From NCBI GenBank assembly GCA_951406725.2, contig OX597835.1, positions 48,546,001 to 48,610,000 of the forward strand: DNA of 64,000 nucleotides, in the 5' to 3' direction. The position numbers and the translations under genes are program-made. This DNA comes from Octopus vulgaris (Eukaryota). The notes below the pieces were generated by a model. The model had not been told where the DNA came from. It made no database searches and saw only the letters and a list, made by a program, of their open reading frames with translations. Positions 28,240-42,170 of the stretch are shown piece by piece. Numbering within the stretch: position 1 is the first letter of the stretch; each line of letters opens with the position of its first letter.

Positions 28240-28317
<78 letters not shown>

Positions 28318-28614
28318 TGTAGTAGTAGTAGCAGCAGCAGAAGCAGCATCGGCAATATATTCTCTATCTTCAATATCTTCATCATCATAGCTTCTGATGT
28401 TAGCACCACCATCATCATCATCACCACCACCATCATCATCATCACCACCACCATCATCATCATCACCACTATCATCATCATCATTACTATCGTTCGTATG
28501 GCGGCCGTAATTTACCTGAAGCTGTGCGTAGTTTTGACTATCGGATCGTTTGTTGTGCATGAAGCTGACAACGATGATGGCGATGATGATGATGATGATG
28601 GTGATGATGGTGAC

Positions 28615-28680
<66 letters not shown>

Positions 28681-28740
28681 AATGATGTTGATGATGATGA
28701 CGACGATGATGATGTTGATGATGATGATGATGGAAGGGAC

Positions 28741-28810
<70 letters not shown>

Positions 28811-28870
28811 GTGACGATGATGATGATGATGATGATGATGATGACGACGATGATGATGATGACGACGAGA
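28240..28870. repeat. Long (GTA)n, (CAT)n and (GAT)n trinucleotide arrays
   Basis: Seen directly. Source of the poly-D/H/S/M pseudo-ORFs. Confidence 0.95.
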
Positions 28871-29143
28871 ATGAGTAGAGAGCAAGATAGATAATGACGC
28901 GAATAGATGCGGCTACCAACACAGTCAACAACAATAATAACAATAATAACAGCAACAACAACAACAACAAATACACACACTGAACACAACTACAACAACA
29001 ACACCAACAATTACTTCCAGAATAGATGGAAAGAAAATATACGAGATTTACAACCAAAGATACGTTCTTGTGATAACGGATCGCACATGCGCACACACTA
29101 GGAATTGTCCATATATTTCTATATATATATAGATATTTATATG

Positions 29144-29205
<62 letters not shown>

Positions 29206-29218
29206 CAGGCATACATAT

Positions 29219-29260
<42 letters not shown>

Positions 29261-30200
29261 ATACATATACCTATACACACGCTCACGCACTCATATATAT
29301 ATGTATGTATATATATGTATATATATAGAGAGAGAGAGAGGGAGAGGGAGAGGGAGAGAAAGAAAGATTGAAAGACAGACCTAGGAAAGGAGAGAGAGAG
29401 AGAGAGAGGAAGAGGTAGAGAGATGAAGAAAAAAGCAGATAGGAATAGAAATATGGGGAAAAAAATTCATATCGTATTAAAAAGTATCCAAAAATCACAA
29501 AAAAGTAAATTCCCAAAAAATGAAGGCAAAACTAATAAAAAAAAAAGATGAGGAGAAAAAGCGTATGCAATGATGTTATGTATGTAATGAAGAGTAAGGA
29601 GAAGATATTAGGAGAGCATGATGGGTAATATTATAAGAATAGCGAGGACGGCTAGTCCTGGCAAACACCTGTATGTCTATATCGGTATACGTTGGAGAGT
29701 TGAAGTGGTGACTTGGGAGTCGATCGCCGAGTGAAATGATGGAAGGATAATAATTTGTGGTGAGGTAGTGTGTGTGGGGGGGGGTTTGGTGGTGGTGGTG
29801 GTTGTGAATGGACGAAATGAAAGGAAGGAGGTAGTGTGTAAGGGAAGGGGAGGGAATTATGATATACGTGTGTGGTTTTGCGATATAATGTGTGTGTGTA
29901 GTGTGTGTATAGTGTGATAGCGACATGAAAAGTGAAATATTGTATGTGTGTATATATATAAATATTCAGAGAGAGAGAGAGAGAGAAAGAGAGAGTGATA
30001 CACACATATATATATATATTTTAATATATATATATACATATATATATGCGTGTGTATGTATATATACACAATTATATACATATACATACACACACACATA
30101 TATGTATATATATGAATGATATATCTATGCGTATGAATATATAGCTACCTATATGTACACTATTTTTTTTCTTATTAAATTCGAAAAAATCTCCACACAC

Positions 30201-30235
30201 AGGCACTGAGTTTCAAGCAAACCTTCATCAGGCAA
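30201..30235 (-). ncRNA. Hammerhead relic
   Basis: Minus strand: ttgc CTGATGA agg-tttg-ctt GAAA ctcag T gcct. Canonical core and 3-bp stem II. Cleavage triplet and stem I are damaged. Confidence 0.4.
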
Positions 30236-30316
30236 TTCTGATAATACAGACTAGGTTGTGAAGATTTTTTCGGCTTTATACACTCACACGCACACACACA
30301 CACACATACACACACT

Positions 30317-30353
<37 letters not shown>

Positions 30354-30814
30354 GTATGTATGCATGTATGAATGTATGTATGTATGTATGTATGTATGTA
30401 TATATGTATGTATGTATGTGTATGTATGTATGTACGTATGTATATATATATATGTATATACACATATGTATGTATGTGTATGTTTATATATATGTATATA
30501 CATGTGGGTGTGTGTGTGTGTGGCCTAATGATTGGTGCTTTCGTTTCATTGTCCGTAATATTATGCGTATAATTTCCCCTGACGTGGTAAACGCGTTTGT
30601 CCTTGCGTAAGGCATTTGCTTTCTCTTTCTCGAAATGCGTGAAAAGCGTGAACATGTCTCTGTTCGTGATTGCTTCACCTTCGGCATATACCTCTGAGTC
30701 AAATATGGAGGAGTAGTGATGAGTGTTTGTCTGCTCGTCACTCATGTCGGCACCTAACATATCAAGCGAATGCACAGTATATACGTTACCCATTACGTCC
30801 ATACTCGTTTGCAG

Positions 30815-30870
30815 GTCTAAGAATTGAAATCACGACATTATGTTCGTGTGCCGATCACCTGAACCAGTAG
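30815..30870 (+). CDS. Candidate terminal coding exon
   Basis: tttgcag acceptor. The phase-1 start completes the Gly from exon 26716-26881 and reads (G)[17 protein letters not shown]. Confidence 0.25.
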
Positions 30871-30926
30871 CCCACGCATCAGCACCTCTTAATCTCTTTC
30901 TTTCTCTCTCTCTCTCTCTTTCTTTC

Positions 30927-30990
<64 letters not shown>

Positions 30991-30992
30991 TT

Positions 30993-31287
<295 letters not shown>

Positions 31288-31331
31288 CACATATATATAT
31301 ATGAGAAAGATATTAACAGTAGCCGCACGAC

Positions 31332-31539
31332 ATCGTGAAGTGTATTTGCCACCTAAATGTGGCTAACTCTTAAGGGTCGATGCTACTGTAGATTGTAGCC
31401 CCATGAAGACATCTCCGCCAGCTAGCTATTGACACATTATCTGTGCTAGATGGAGGAAATGTCTTCCTGAGGCTACACACTACAGTAGCATCGACTCTTA
31501 AGGGTAAGCCATATTTAGGTGACAACTATATTTCACGAT
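31332..31539. mobile_element. Fold-back / MITE-like palindromic element
   Basis: About 95-bp imperfect inverted arms 31332-31426 and 31445-31539 (ATCGTGAA..GTCGATGCTACTGTAG / CTACAGTAGCATCGAC..TTCACGAT). Confidence 0.85.
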
Positions 31540-31768
31540 ATATATATATATGAATTATATATATATATGCATATATGCATACGTATAAGTACATGCATCT
31601 ATACCTATATATATGCATATGTGGGCAGAGGACTTCACAAAACGTGTACAACAAATATGTACGAAGCACGAGTACATGGTACATGAATTATTCTTTCGAA
31701 CAACGAAAGACACAAATGGAAAACGAAACAAACAACATAAAGAACGACCCTTCATCAGTTGCTGGATG

Positions 31769-31769
<1 letters not shown>

Positions 31770-31836
<67 letters not shown>

Positions 31837-31841
31837 CAGAC

Positions 31842-31940
<99 letters not shown>

Positions 31941-31966
31941 AAGATAGATAGATAGATAGATAGATA
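31770..31966. repeat. (GATA)n microsatellite
   Basis: Seen directly. Confidence 0.95.
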
Positions 31967-32139
31967 CCTATCTATGTATCTATCTATTTCACTATTAGCG
32001 TCCATTGTAAGTCACTGGGTCATAATTATAGATATTATAGATATTAATTGCGAATGCCAAAATAAATTTAAGATTGCCAAAGAACGGGGAGAGGGAGAAG
32101 GGTGATTAAAGATTGACGTAGCTCTTAACTTTTTTTCTT

Positions 32140-32480
32140 TTATCATTATTTCAGTCATAAACCTGCGGCCAGGCTGGAGCACCGCCTTGAACAGTTTACT
32201 CTAGTCTTATTTTTTTCTGAAGGCCTGGTATTTATTCTGTCGCCCTCTTTTTGCTGAACCGCTATATTACGCGGACGTAAATGCACCAACGCCGACTGTG
32301 AAATAGTAGTGGGCGTGAAATGCACACATAACACGGGCCTGTACGTCTACGAAATCCACTCACAAGATATTATCAAAACCCGAGGCTATAGAAGTAAACA
32401 CTTGCCCAACAAGGTGCAACGTAGTGAAACTGAACCCTGAACCATGTGGCTGGGAAGGAGACTTCTTACCACACAGCCGC
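32140..32480 (-). mobile_element. SINE family A, diverged
   Basis: GCTGGAGCACCGCCTT..GAACCATGTGG..CTTACCACACAGCC, as in 801-1242. Confidence 0.8.
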
Positions 32481-32598
32481 TGACACTCGTCTCCTTTCTA
32501 TAATAACCAGGTCAGTATTCCGTCCTCTGCCCTCATCTGTCCATATTTCCTTTCAGATATCAATCCGACAGTCCCTACCTTTTCCCTATATTCCATCT

Positions 32599-32645
<47 letters not shown>

Positions 32646-33187
32646 TGTGTGTGTGCATGTTTCAGTGTACGTATATGTTTCTACGCTCGTGCGTGTGTGT
32701 GTGTGTGGCAATGTAGGTTGAAACCACCAGCAGTCAGTGGTCCAATATGTGCGGTTTTGTTACCGATATCTGTTTTAAACAAACAGAATCTAAAGTTTCT
32801 TTTAATATGAATGTTATCGACTTCCTCAAAATTTCTTTTTTTATGCTTTATTATTTTTACTTATAAAAAGAATAGGATCACTATCAATACAAATAGAAAT
32901 GATACGTGTGTGTGTGTGTGTGCATGAATATGTGTATGTATGCTTCTCTGTCTGTCTGTGTTTGTACATATACACACACACATATACATATGTAAACACA
33001 CACATGCATATTTTTGTGTATAAGTATGTGTGTACCTATGTAAGTAGTTCTGTGTGTATGCATGCGTGTATCTATGTAAGTATGTATTTATATACATGTT
33101 TTTTATATTAAAGCTGGAAAAATACCACAAAAATCTGGGGCACAGAATTTCACATTCGCCAAGTAATTGCGATCAAGTCTTGATCAC

Positions 33188-33230
33188 AAATGTCCGACGA
33201 ACGGGAACGTGAAACTCTAAGTAACAGTTT
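33188..33230 (+). ncRNA. Type I hammerhead ribozyme candidate with U4C core, in a short element ending at (TA)n near 33332
   Basis: aaatgt CCGACGA acg-ggaa-cgt GAAA ct-cta-ag TA aca(g)ttt. Stems I, II (GNRA loop) and III all pair. GUA triplet. Confidence 0.7.
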
Positions 33231-33330
33231 TTCGTAAGGTTTTCGCAGCCAAAATAGAAAACCATATTGCTCTAGCCTCGGTATTCGAGTACTAATTTTT
33301 CTACCTTGCTTTGCATTTATATACTAACTC

Positions 33331-33381
<51 letters not shown>

Positions 33382-33410
33382 GTGGAACTATGAATGTGTT
33401 ATTCTCTCTC

Positions 33411-33447
33411 TTTTCTGTTAAAGAACGTAGGTTCGAAATATCGAAGA
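33411..33447 (+). ncRNA. Hammerhead relic in a 90-bp insertion between (TA)n tracts
   Basis: tttt CTGTTAA a gaac-gtag-gttc GAAA TATC gaag. Same layout as the 63655 motif with a degenerate core. Confidence 0.45.
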
Positions 33448-33470
33448 TTTTTCCATTTTTCATTTTAACC

Positions 33471-33515
<45 letters not shown>

Positions 33516-33992
33516 CATGGGTTGCTTGTTTAAGAAATTTTCTTTTAAACTACTTGGTGTGGCGTTTTGTCTCAACTATTCGACACAATTTTCAAGTGTT
33601 TTCTACTACAGTCTCGGGGGAACCAATGCATTGTTGGTGAATTGAGAGATGGTAACTGTGTGTAAATTTACTATGTATGTGTGTGTGTGTTTGCCCGTGT
33701 TTGTATGTGTGTGTGTGTGCGTGCTTGTGTGTGTGTTTGTGTGTGTGTTTATCAAACTGCATATCATAAATATAGTTTCTTTATATCACCGTATTTTAGT
33801 GGCTTGACAAAACGTGCCCGATTGAATATGTACGATGCTTAAAATAAATACTTGGGCGGATTTGACTGGCAAAAGCTTTCTTAAGGCGGTGCCCCATCTT
33901 ATCTGTTTGTAATCCAGTAATCAAAATTAGTAAAAAAAAAAAAAGGTATATGTACCAACACACAGTTTCCAATTTCTATTAGTTACGACATT

Positions 33993-34695
33993 TGGCACAA
34001 GCACAGCAATTTCTGGGACGGGGTTGAGTCGATCACACCGAACCCCAGTGCTCAACTGGTTATTTTCTACCTCAGCATAATTCGAAATGAGAATGCCAAG
34101 ACGGCCGAAATGCGGCTGAGCACTTTGCGCTCCGTGCTAACCTTTCTCCCTTCTCGACGCCTTTAGCTTCTAATATATATTACATTCATTTATTTATCAA
34201 ACCATAAATTTTAGCAATGAGATACCAATATACATAAGCACAGGGATAACTCTGTGGTAATATGTTTGCTTACCGACCCCATGGTTCTGGGTTCAGACTC
34301 TCTACGTGACATCTTGGGCAAGTTTTTCTGCTATAGGTTCAGGCGGACCAAAACCATTTGAGTAGATTTGGCCGAAGGAAAATGAAAGAAGCACATCGTA
34401 TATGTGTGTGTGTTTGTGAGAATGTGTGCATATCTGTGTGTGTGTGACTGTGTGTGTGTGTATGTATGTCTGTTTAAGTCTGTATTTGTGTGTGTGTTCC
34501 CCGACACCGCTTGACAACCGATGTTGGTGTGTTTAAGTCCTCGTAACTTAGCAGTTTGTCAAAGTAGACCGATAGAATAAGTAACAGGCTTTAAAATAAG
34601 AAAATAAATTGTAGGGACGATTCATTCGACTAAAATGTTTCACGGTGGCACCCCAGCATGGCCGCAATTCAATGAGTGAAACAATTAAAAGGGAT
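33993..34695. mobile_element. SINE family B (minus, about 33993-34163) followed by SINE family A (plus, about 34240-34695)
   Basis: Similarity to 2376-2589 and to the reverse complement of 801-1242. Confidence 0.75.
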
Positions 34696-34819
34696 TCTGT
34701 CACTGTAGAATTAGGTTGTAGCCCCAGTAATACGCAATCGATCATTGAGAATTTTTAGAGAATATCATTTCGTTCAGATTAGATGTATTTCGATGAGTTC
34801 TGGGAGATTTTTTCGACGC

Positions 34820-34928
<109 letters not shown>

Positions 34929-36866
34929 TCTTTGGGCCCTAAACAGCGCGTAGTTCTCGTAAGATACTTTTAAATCTCACAGTGTCCATGTTTTTACCAG
35001 CTTCGAAGACAGCCATAAATGAGCAGAGAGGAAGACATGTTTGAAAAAGAGAGAGTGAGTGATTGAGAGAAAGGGAGCGGTGGTAGGAGGACAACAAAAT
35101 ACCACTGGATCTCGTTCTTGGATTGGTAGATCACATGAGATTCCGAAAGGAAGTTAAGATATAATTGGTCTACGAAGGGATTGAACACAAATCGCAGAGA
35201 GCTGGAATGGATATGCAGGTTGTGCTACCTTGCTCTCATGCAAATCTACCGACGAATATTTATAGACAGACATGAATACACAAATCATATTTTCTATGAC
35301 TTGCATTTGTCCTTCGAGATAGGTAATTAGTTGATGTATTCACGTGCCCCAGAGTACTAATTATTGTTGTTGATATTTCTAAAATACATCAATAAAACTC
35401 GAAAATGGTGAAAGAACACTGCGTGTATTACATGCTAAGGTTACCGTGTTCGCCGGAAAAATTTGACAAATGAAATCCACATAGATCTACAAATTTCTAG
35501 ACACGCTATTTGGTGCAGCTGTCTGAATAATAACTGCGATATAAACTAATGCACTCAACAGAGGTTAATGAAATGATATCATAGAAGTATAACATGTAAT
35601 ATTGCTAATTAATAACATTCATTTCTGCCTAATCGATCGTAATGAACTAGGAATATCTAATGTAAGCACAATTTGATTGAGTTTTGCTCGTTTAAGATGA
35701 AGATCAATGGATGCATTTACAGCATGTCGTTGCGTTTGGCGTCATCGAAGCAAATAAACAGAGAAGATCAATCAATTTTGATTTGCTGATTGAGTCATAT
35801 AGTGGTCAAGAAGTTTAAATCCTGAAGCCACCTGGTGGTGGGTTCAACCGCTTCCAAGTTGTACTTTGAGTAAGTGTCATGTAGTATAGCTTCCCGTTCA
35901 TTAGCGGCATTTGAGTAATAACTAATTGGAAAGCCTGCGGGGACGGGATGGGGGTTACGGTTTAACCCTGGAAGGGTCAGTGCTATTTGGGCAAGAACAA
36001 CTTGGATATTTGGGGCTTGATCAACCTGGCAGGGGTTACTTGTCACATTGTCACATTGTTGGAAGATATGAAACGCTCAGCGATGCCTGGAAACGTCGTT
36101 GATTTTGTGTCCTGAGGGATGACAGGATGACGTTTGATAAAGCTACACACACACACATACACACACAGTTATGTATATATGTGTCTGTGTGTGTGTATTT
36201 GTATAGATATGTATATACTGCAAATATATGATACTATATACAAACAAAATATATAAACAAATATACGTACACATACAGCGGGAGAGATAGATATAGACAT
36301 GCGTTTATGACTATGTTTAAGTTTGATGGATGGATGGATGGATGGATGGAAATACATGGGTTAGTGTCCAGGCACGCAGTTGGCCCACTAGGAGTGGGAG
36401 GCCCCTCTCTTGTTGTCATAACACTTCTCTAGGAGAGGGAAATTATGAGAGAAAACCTGCGACACTCACAATATTCGGTGATGTAGACATTTTCGAGTTT
36501 ATATTTTCCATGTTCAGAGAATGGGATTGGATTTGTGCAAATCTCCCCCACCCCCACCGCACCACCCTAAAATATCATTATACACAGGTTCCTTTTGAAA
36601 AAGAAGGTAAGAGCTATCACAAAAACGGCTGGTCACAGCCTTCGCATATCTGGGACTTAAGATCAGGCTGAAGGTGGCTTTATTGAAAAACATTATAGAA
36701 AAGGTTTATTTTTATCCTCATAGCATTTTTTGATAAATAAAGTTATTATCTGTTATTATATATCTGTTTCTTTTTTATAAACATCTCTCCTCAAATATCT
36801 TTCGGACCCTGAATATATAGATATATATGAATGAATGTATGTATTTATGTATGTATGGTTGGCTGA

Positions 36867-36906
<40 letters not shown>

Positions 36907-36911
36907 ATCTA

Positions 36912-36955
<44 letters not shown>

Positions 36956-37834
36956 TGTATACATATACATATAGGTAAGCGTGTGTGTGTGTGAGAGAGA
37001 GAGAGTGTGTGTGTTTGTGAACGTCTGTGTGTCTGTGTGTGAACGTCTGTGTGTCTGTGTGTGTACACGTATTATATATTTATACATATTACCGTAGATG
37101 TGCGTATATAGTTCTGATACACTAGCATGAGATATATATTTTCACTTGGATATTATATTCGTCACGATATCCACATATATACACAATACAAATATGAACG
37201 CCATGTGCAAGTCTTCAATACATACTTACGCACTTACGCGCATACACATACACATGCGTATATACATAAGTGCATGCAAATATCTACATACATATGTGTA
37301 TGTGTGTTTACGTGTATACACACACACATACTCATATAATCACAAATACATAAATGTGCTTCTTACAGAGAGGTCTGTTATAATTTCATGGTTATGCTTG
37401 AGACAAACTGAGATACCACCGAAGGACCACCCTGTTTGATGGAGGTCTGGCGCCCTGGAATACCTTCTTTGAGTCTGTTCTCTATTCAGTTGGGTTTTCT
37501 TGTATTTGGCTCGCTCTCAAGAATTCGCTTCTATTCTTCGCCTTGAAGTGTTTGGCGCTATAAAAAAAATTAAATAACCATATGACGGACGATATGAAGT
37601 CAATAGACGGATTATGTCAAGGACATGTGGCAAAACGGAGTTTGGAAGGGAGCGGGGAAGGGGCTTTTGTTTTTTATATTCTCTATGGTGGTTTTTATAT
37701 TTTGTTTCTATATATTTTAGCTTTTCTGTTTTGTTATTCTTTTTTTCTTTTTATTTTTTAGGGTTGGGTTATGATTAGAACTGGCATATGATATAAAGTA
37801 TACCGAGAGCAAATATACTTACGGAGAATATATG

Positions 37835-37925
<91 letters not shown>

Positions 37926-38065
37926 ATGTATGTATGTATGTATGTATATATGTATATATATATACATGTATATATATACACATAAAAGCTTTTATACATA
38001 TATATTATATATATGTATATATTGCGTATATGTATATATATACATATATACATACATGTATATGT

Positions 38066-38102
<37 letters not shown>

Positions 38103-38238
38103 CTCACGCGCATAAAATTGCATATCTATTACCTATAAATTAATTTGTGTATGTATATAAATATAGAAAAAGTATACGTATGTGTGTATATAGATAGATA
38201 GATTGATAACAAATAGATAGATATATAAATAGATAGAC

Positions 38239-38298
<60 letters not shown>

Positions 38299-38339
38299 TA
38301 GATTGATAACTAAATAGATAGATATATAAATAGATAGAC

Positions 38340-38395
<56 letters not shown>

Positions 38396-38421
38396 TGATA
38401 ACTAAATAGATAGATATATAA

Positions 38422-38491
<70 letters not shown>

Positions 38492-38657
38492 TAGAAAGCT
38501 ATATAGATAGACAGACAGACAGACAGATAAATAGAAAGACAGAATTACACATTGGTGTATACATATACATGTATGATTAACATATGTGTAGATATGTTTT
38601 TGTAATTGAATGTATATTCATATACAAGCATATACAGCTACACAGCTATACAAACAT

Positions 38658-38702
<45 letters not shown>

Positions 38703-38705
38703 CAT

Positions 38706-38796
<91 letters not shown>

Positions 38797-38797
<1 letters not shown>

Positions 38798-38985
38798 CAA
38801 ATAGGACAAGAACACAAACATCCAGACAGTTAGGTGATACAAAAAAGGGACAACAAATCATCCAGATACACGATACAAAAAAAAGCAAGGACGGGTCATT
38901 CGAAGTTTTCTTGCCTCCATTGAGTTCCAGATTATCTTTGCAAATTCGGCTGGTTATACTTGAGATTTCTCCAATCTGGTCAAAA
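38797..38985 (-). mobile_element. Short TA-anchored interspersed repeat, second copy at 40931-41050
   Basis: Both copies begin right after (TA)n and share GGGACAACAAA..ATCCAGATACA..AAGGACGGGTCATTCG..GAGTTCCAG..TTCGGCTGGTTATACT. Confidence 0.7.
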
Positions 38986-39409
38986 AGGCGAATATTACAC
39001 AAATACAAATAACAGGACATAACAACAGGTGTCTATAGAGTAAGGACGAACTGTAAGGCCTTACAGCAGATATACAAGATTTCACAGGTACAGGGAGGAA
39101 TATAGATTTTGCACGGACGACGGCCTAACCAAGAAAGAAAGGTCAGGTTTGGCCGAACAACAGTCACATGGGGAGAGAAGAGAAAGAGAGGTAGAGGCAG
39201 AGGGACAGAAGAAATAAGGATGGGTGAGAAAAGATGACAGGGATATATTGAAGTAAAAGGAGGAGGAAAAGTGTGCATGAAGAGAAGGCAAGGAAATGTG
39301 AGAGAGGGGGAACGAAAGAATGAAAGAATAAAAGAATAGTGTCGTACAAGATTCAGACAAATATATATTTACATATAAGAGAGCAAAGTGTACGTACGCC
39401 GCTGTACAT

Positions 39410-39524
<115 letters not shown>

Positions 39525-39536
39525 TACAGATGAGGA

Positions 39537-40222
39537 GTGAAATATAATTAATTTAATAAAATTAATAAATTTCACCTAGTAGTTTTTTCGGTATGGAAAT
39601 GACCATATTCGGTAAGGATCATATATAATTATAATAAAGGGTTAATTGCAACAAGTTGCTTAAACCACATACCGAAAATATTAGAAATAGCAGCCAAATA
39701 GGTTACCATTACTACTACTAGAAAAATAAGTCTCCCCAAACAAACAGAATTTGTAACCCGTATGTGGTAAAGAGAAAGAAGACAACGTAATCACAGCCTA
39801 CTTGGATCAATTATGGACGAATTCGTTTCTGGATTAGAATCGAAAATTCATTTCCTTATCAACATAATATTTCCTATAAATCTAGAAATGCTAGGAAAAA
39901 ACTCACCCATGACATCAACCCGACCAGGCGACATCGAACGATATAACAGTTTACTAGCATCTCCACCTTTATATAGACAGGCGAATTCGTATCTACCTCC
40001 AATATTTCACCATGTGAGTTACAAAAACAGTACCACCGAAACGAAGTTTCGCAGATTCATTGTATGGGAGTACAATGTATTCGATACACATAAGGGGTGA
40101 AATATAATTAATTTAATAAAATTAATAAATTTCACCTAGTAGTTTTTTCGGTATGGAAATGACCGTATTCGGTAAGGATTATATATAATTATAATAAAAG
40201 GTTAATTGCAACAAGTTCCTTA
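39537..40222. mobile_element. Non-coding partial-tandem element: 560-bp unit with about 126-bp direct terminal repeats
   Basis: 39537-39662 is repeated at 40097-40222 with about 4 substitutions. Flanked by (TA)n and (CA)n. No meaningful ORF. Confidence 0.8.
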
Positions 40223-40733
40223 TACACACACACACAAACACACACACACATATATTTATATATATATATGTATGTATGTACATGTATGTATGTATGTACA
40301 GTGGCGTACGTACACTTTGGTCTCTTAGATGTAAGTATATATTTGTCTGTACGACACTATTCTTTTATTCTTTCCTTCTTTCTGTCAGCCCTTTCACGCT
40401 TACTTCGTTCTTTACTTTACTCGTAAGTATGTATGTGTGTGTGTGTGTGTGAGCGTCTGTGTGTCTGTGTGTGTACGCGTATTATATATTTATACATATT
40501 ACCGTAGATGTGCCTATATAGTTGTGATACACTAGCATAAGATATATATTTATTCGTATAACTTTTATTTCTGTAACTTATCTGTATTTGAATTTTTATC
40601 TGAATTATGGCTTGTACTGTAGAGTCCAGCGAAACTAAACATACCTAATTTAAACAAACTTATTTTGCAAATATTTATGGGATTTCAAAATTAAAATATA
40701 GTTTATGGTATTGAACGTTGATAAAGTTATAAG

Positions 40734-40828
40734 GGCCTGATGATTGGGGTGGCATCTTGAGAGGGGTTCCAGGGAAACACGGAGCGGCTTAGGAACCCAA
40801 GGATGTACCTCATGAAACACGTGTAGCC
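40734..40828 (+). ncRNA. Type I hammerhead ribozyme, canonical core, long stem II
   Basis: ggc CTGATGA [t tggggt g gcatctt gagag gggttcc ... ggaaccc a aggatgt acctca t] GAAA cacgtg TA gcc. Palindromic stem III ACACGTGT. Predicted cleavage after 40825. Confidence 0.85.
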
Positions 40829-41093
40829 AAGGAATAAAACAGTAGGTATTTAAAATTAAAATAAAAAATTATTTTTATTTGCTGAGAAGTTGGGGTATAC
40901 TATCTCTATATTAATATATATATATATATAAATTCAAAATGGGACAACAAAACATCCAGATACAAAGAAAACAAGGACGGGTCATTCGGAATTTTCTTTC
41001 CTCAGTCGAGTTCCAGTTTATCTTTGTAATTTCGGCTGGTTATACTCGAGAAACCTACCACATCCAACTAAGTTTCCCGTATGTTAACTATGC

Positions 41094-41173
<80 letters not shown>

Positions 41174-41229
41174 ACATTATTGGTGAATTGAAGAAATGGA
41201 GCTGAACGCAGATTGAACAGAAATCGTTT

Positions 41230-41323
41230 TATTTCATTCTACACGTGTTTCGAAAGGCACAAATTACCAAAATCCGATGGAATAATGGGACCATATTGTG
41301 TCTTTCTCTTCAGGAAGAAAATA
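41230..41323 (-). ncRNA. Type I hammerhead ribozyme, canonical core, inside a 265-bp insertion (41174-41440) in (TA)n
   Basis: Minus strand: tattttcttc CTGAAGA gaaagacacaa ... ttgtgcctttc GAAA cacgtg TA gaatgaaata. 10 of 11 bp in stem II and palindromic stem III. Predicted cleavage between 41240 and 41239. Confidence 0.88.
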
Positions 41324-41438
41324 GGAAATCCGTTGGAAAAACAAAAACAGAAACAGAAACTGCTGTGATTTTTGCTACTAAGGTATCGGTTAAACTTTTG
41401 ATTAATCTACTACAAGATTATTCATCTTTCTATTTCAC

Positions 41439-41482
<44 letters not shown>

Positions 41483-42104
41483 CGTTAACATACGGTAAAT
41501 TAAGTTGGGCGTGCTAGGTTTCTGTAGGAAGCCTAGGAAACTTGAAGTCATTTGGAGACTGATCAAACTGTAGTTTATCTTCTTTTTCTTCTTCACTATC
41601 ACCACCTTCTTTTTCTTCCCTTTCTTCCCTTTCTCCCTCTCTCTCTCTTTCTCTGTCCCCTTTCTGTGTTCCCTTGTCGTTTTCTTATTAAAACTGAATT
41701 TGGCGATCAATTATATATATGCATGCACGTTTGGAATATATATATATATATATATATATATGCGTGTGTATGTGTGTATACAATGGCAGAAAAATAAGTA
41801 AGAGAAATACATTCTAAGTAGTAAAATATATCTTCTTTCATTCGCTAGAGAAATCTTTTCATAACGAAGACGGATTTAATTGAAGAAAATTTATTTGAAA
41901 GATTAATCAATTATCAGACACTTCAGAAGAATCAAAATGCATGCGTGCGTATGGAGGTGCGTAAGTGCGTAGATACGTACAGGCGTACAGGCTTCGTGAG
42001 CAGGGGAGGCCCCAGAAAATGAATGCATTGTGACCAGCCATGTATAAGAGAATCAGATTGTCTGTTGAATATAATGAGATATGTGCGTGTGTGAGTGTGT
42101 GTTT

Positions 42105-42170
<66 letters not shown>

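Noticed and set aside
40970-41010. Minus-strand CTGAGGA..CGAATGACCCGTC hammerhead-like string in the 38797/40931 family
   Set aside because: It has GAAT instead of GAAA, weak stems, and the other copy lacks the core. Worth rechecking only in a consensus.
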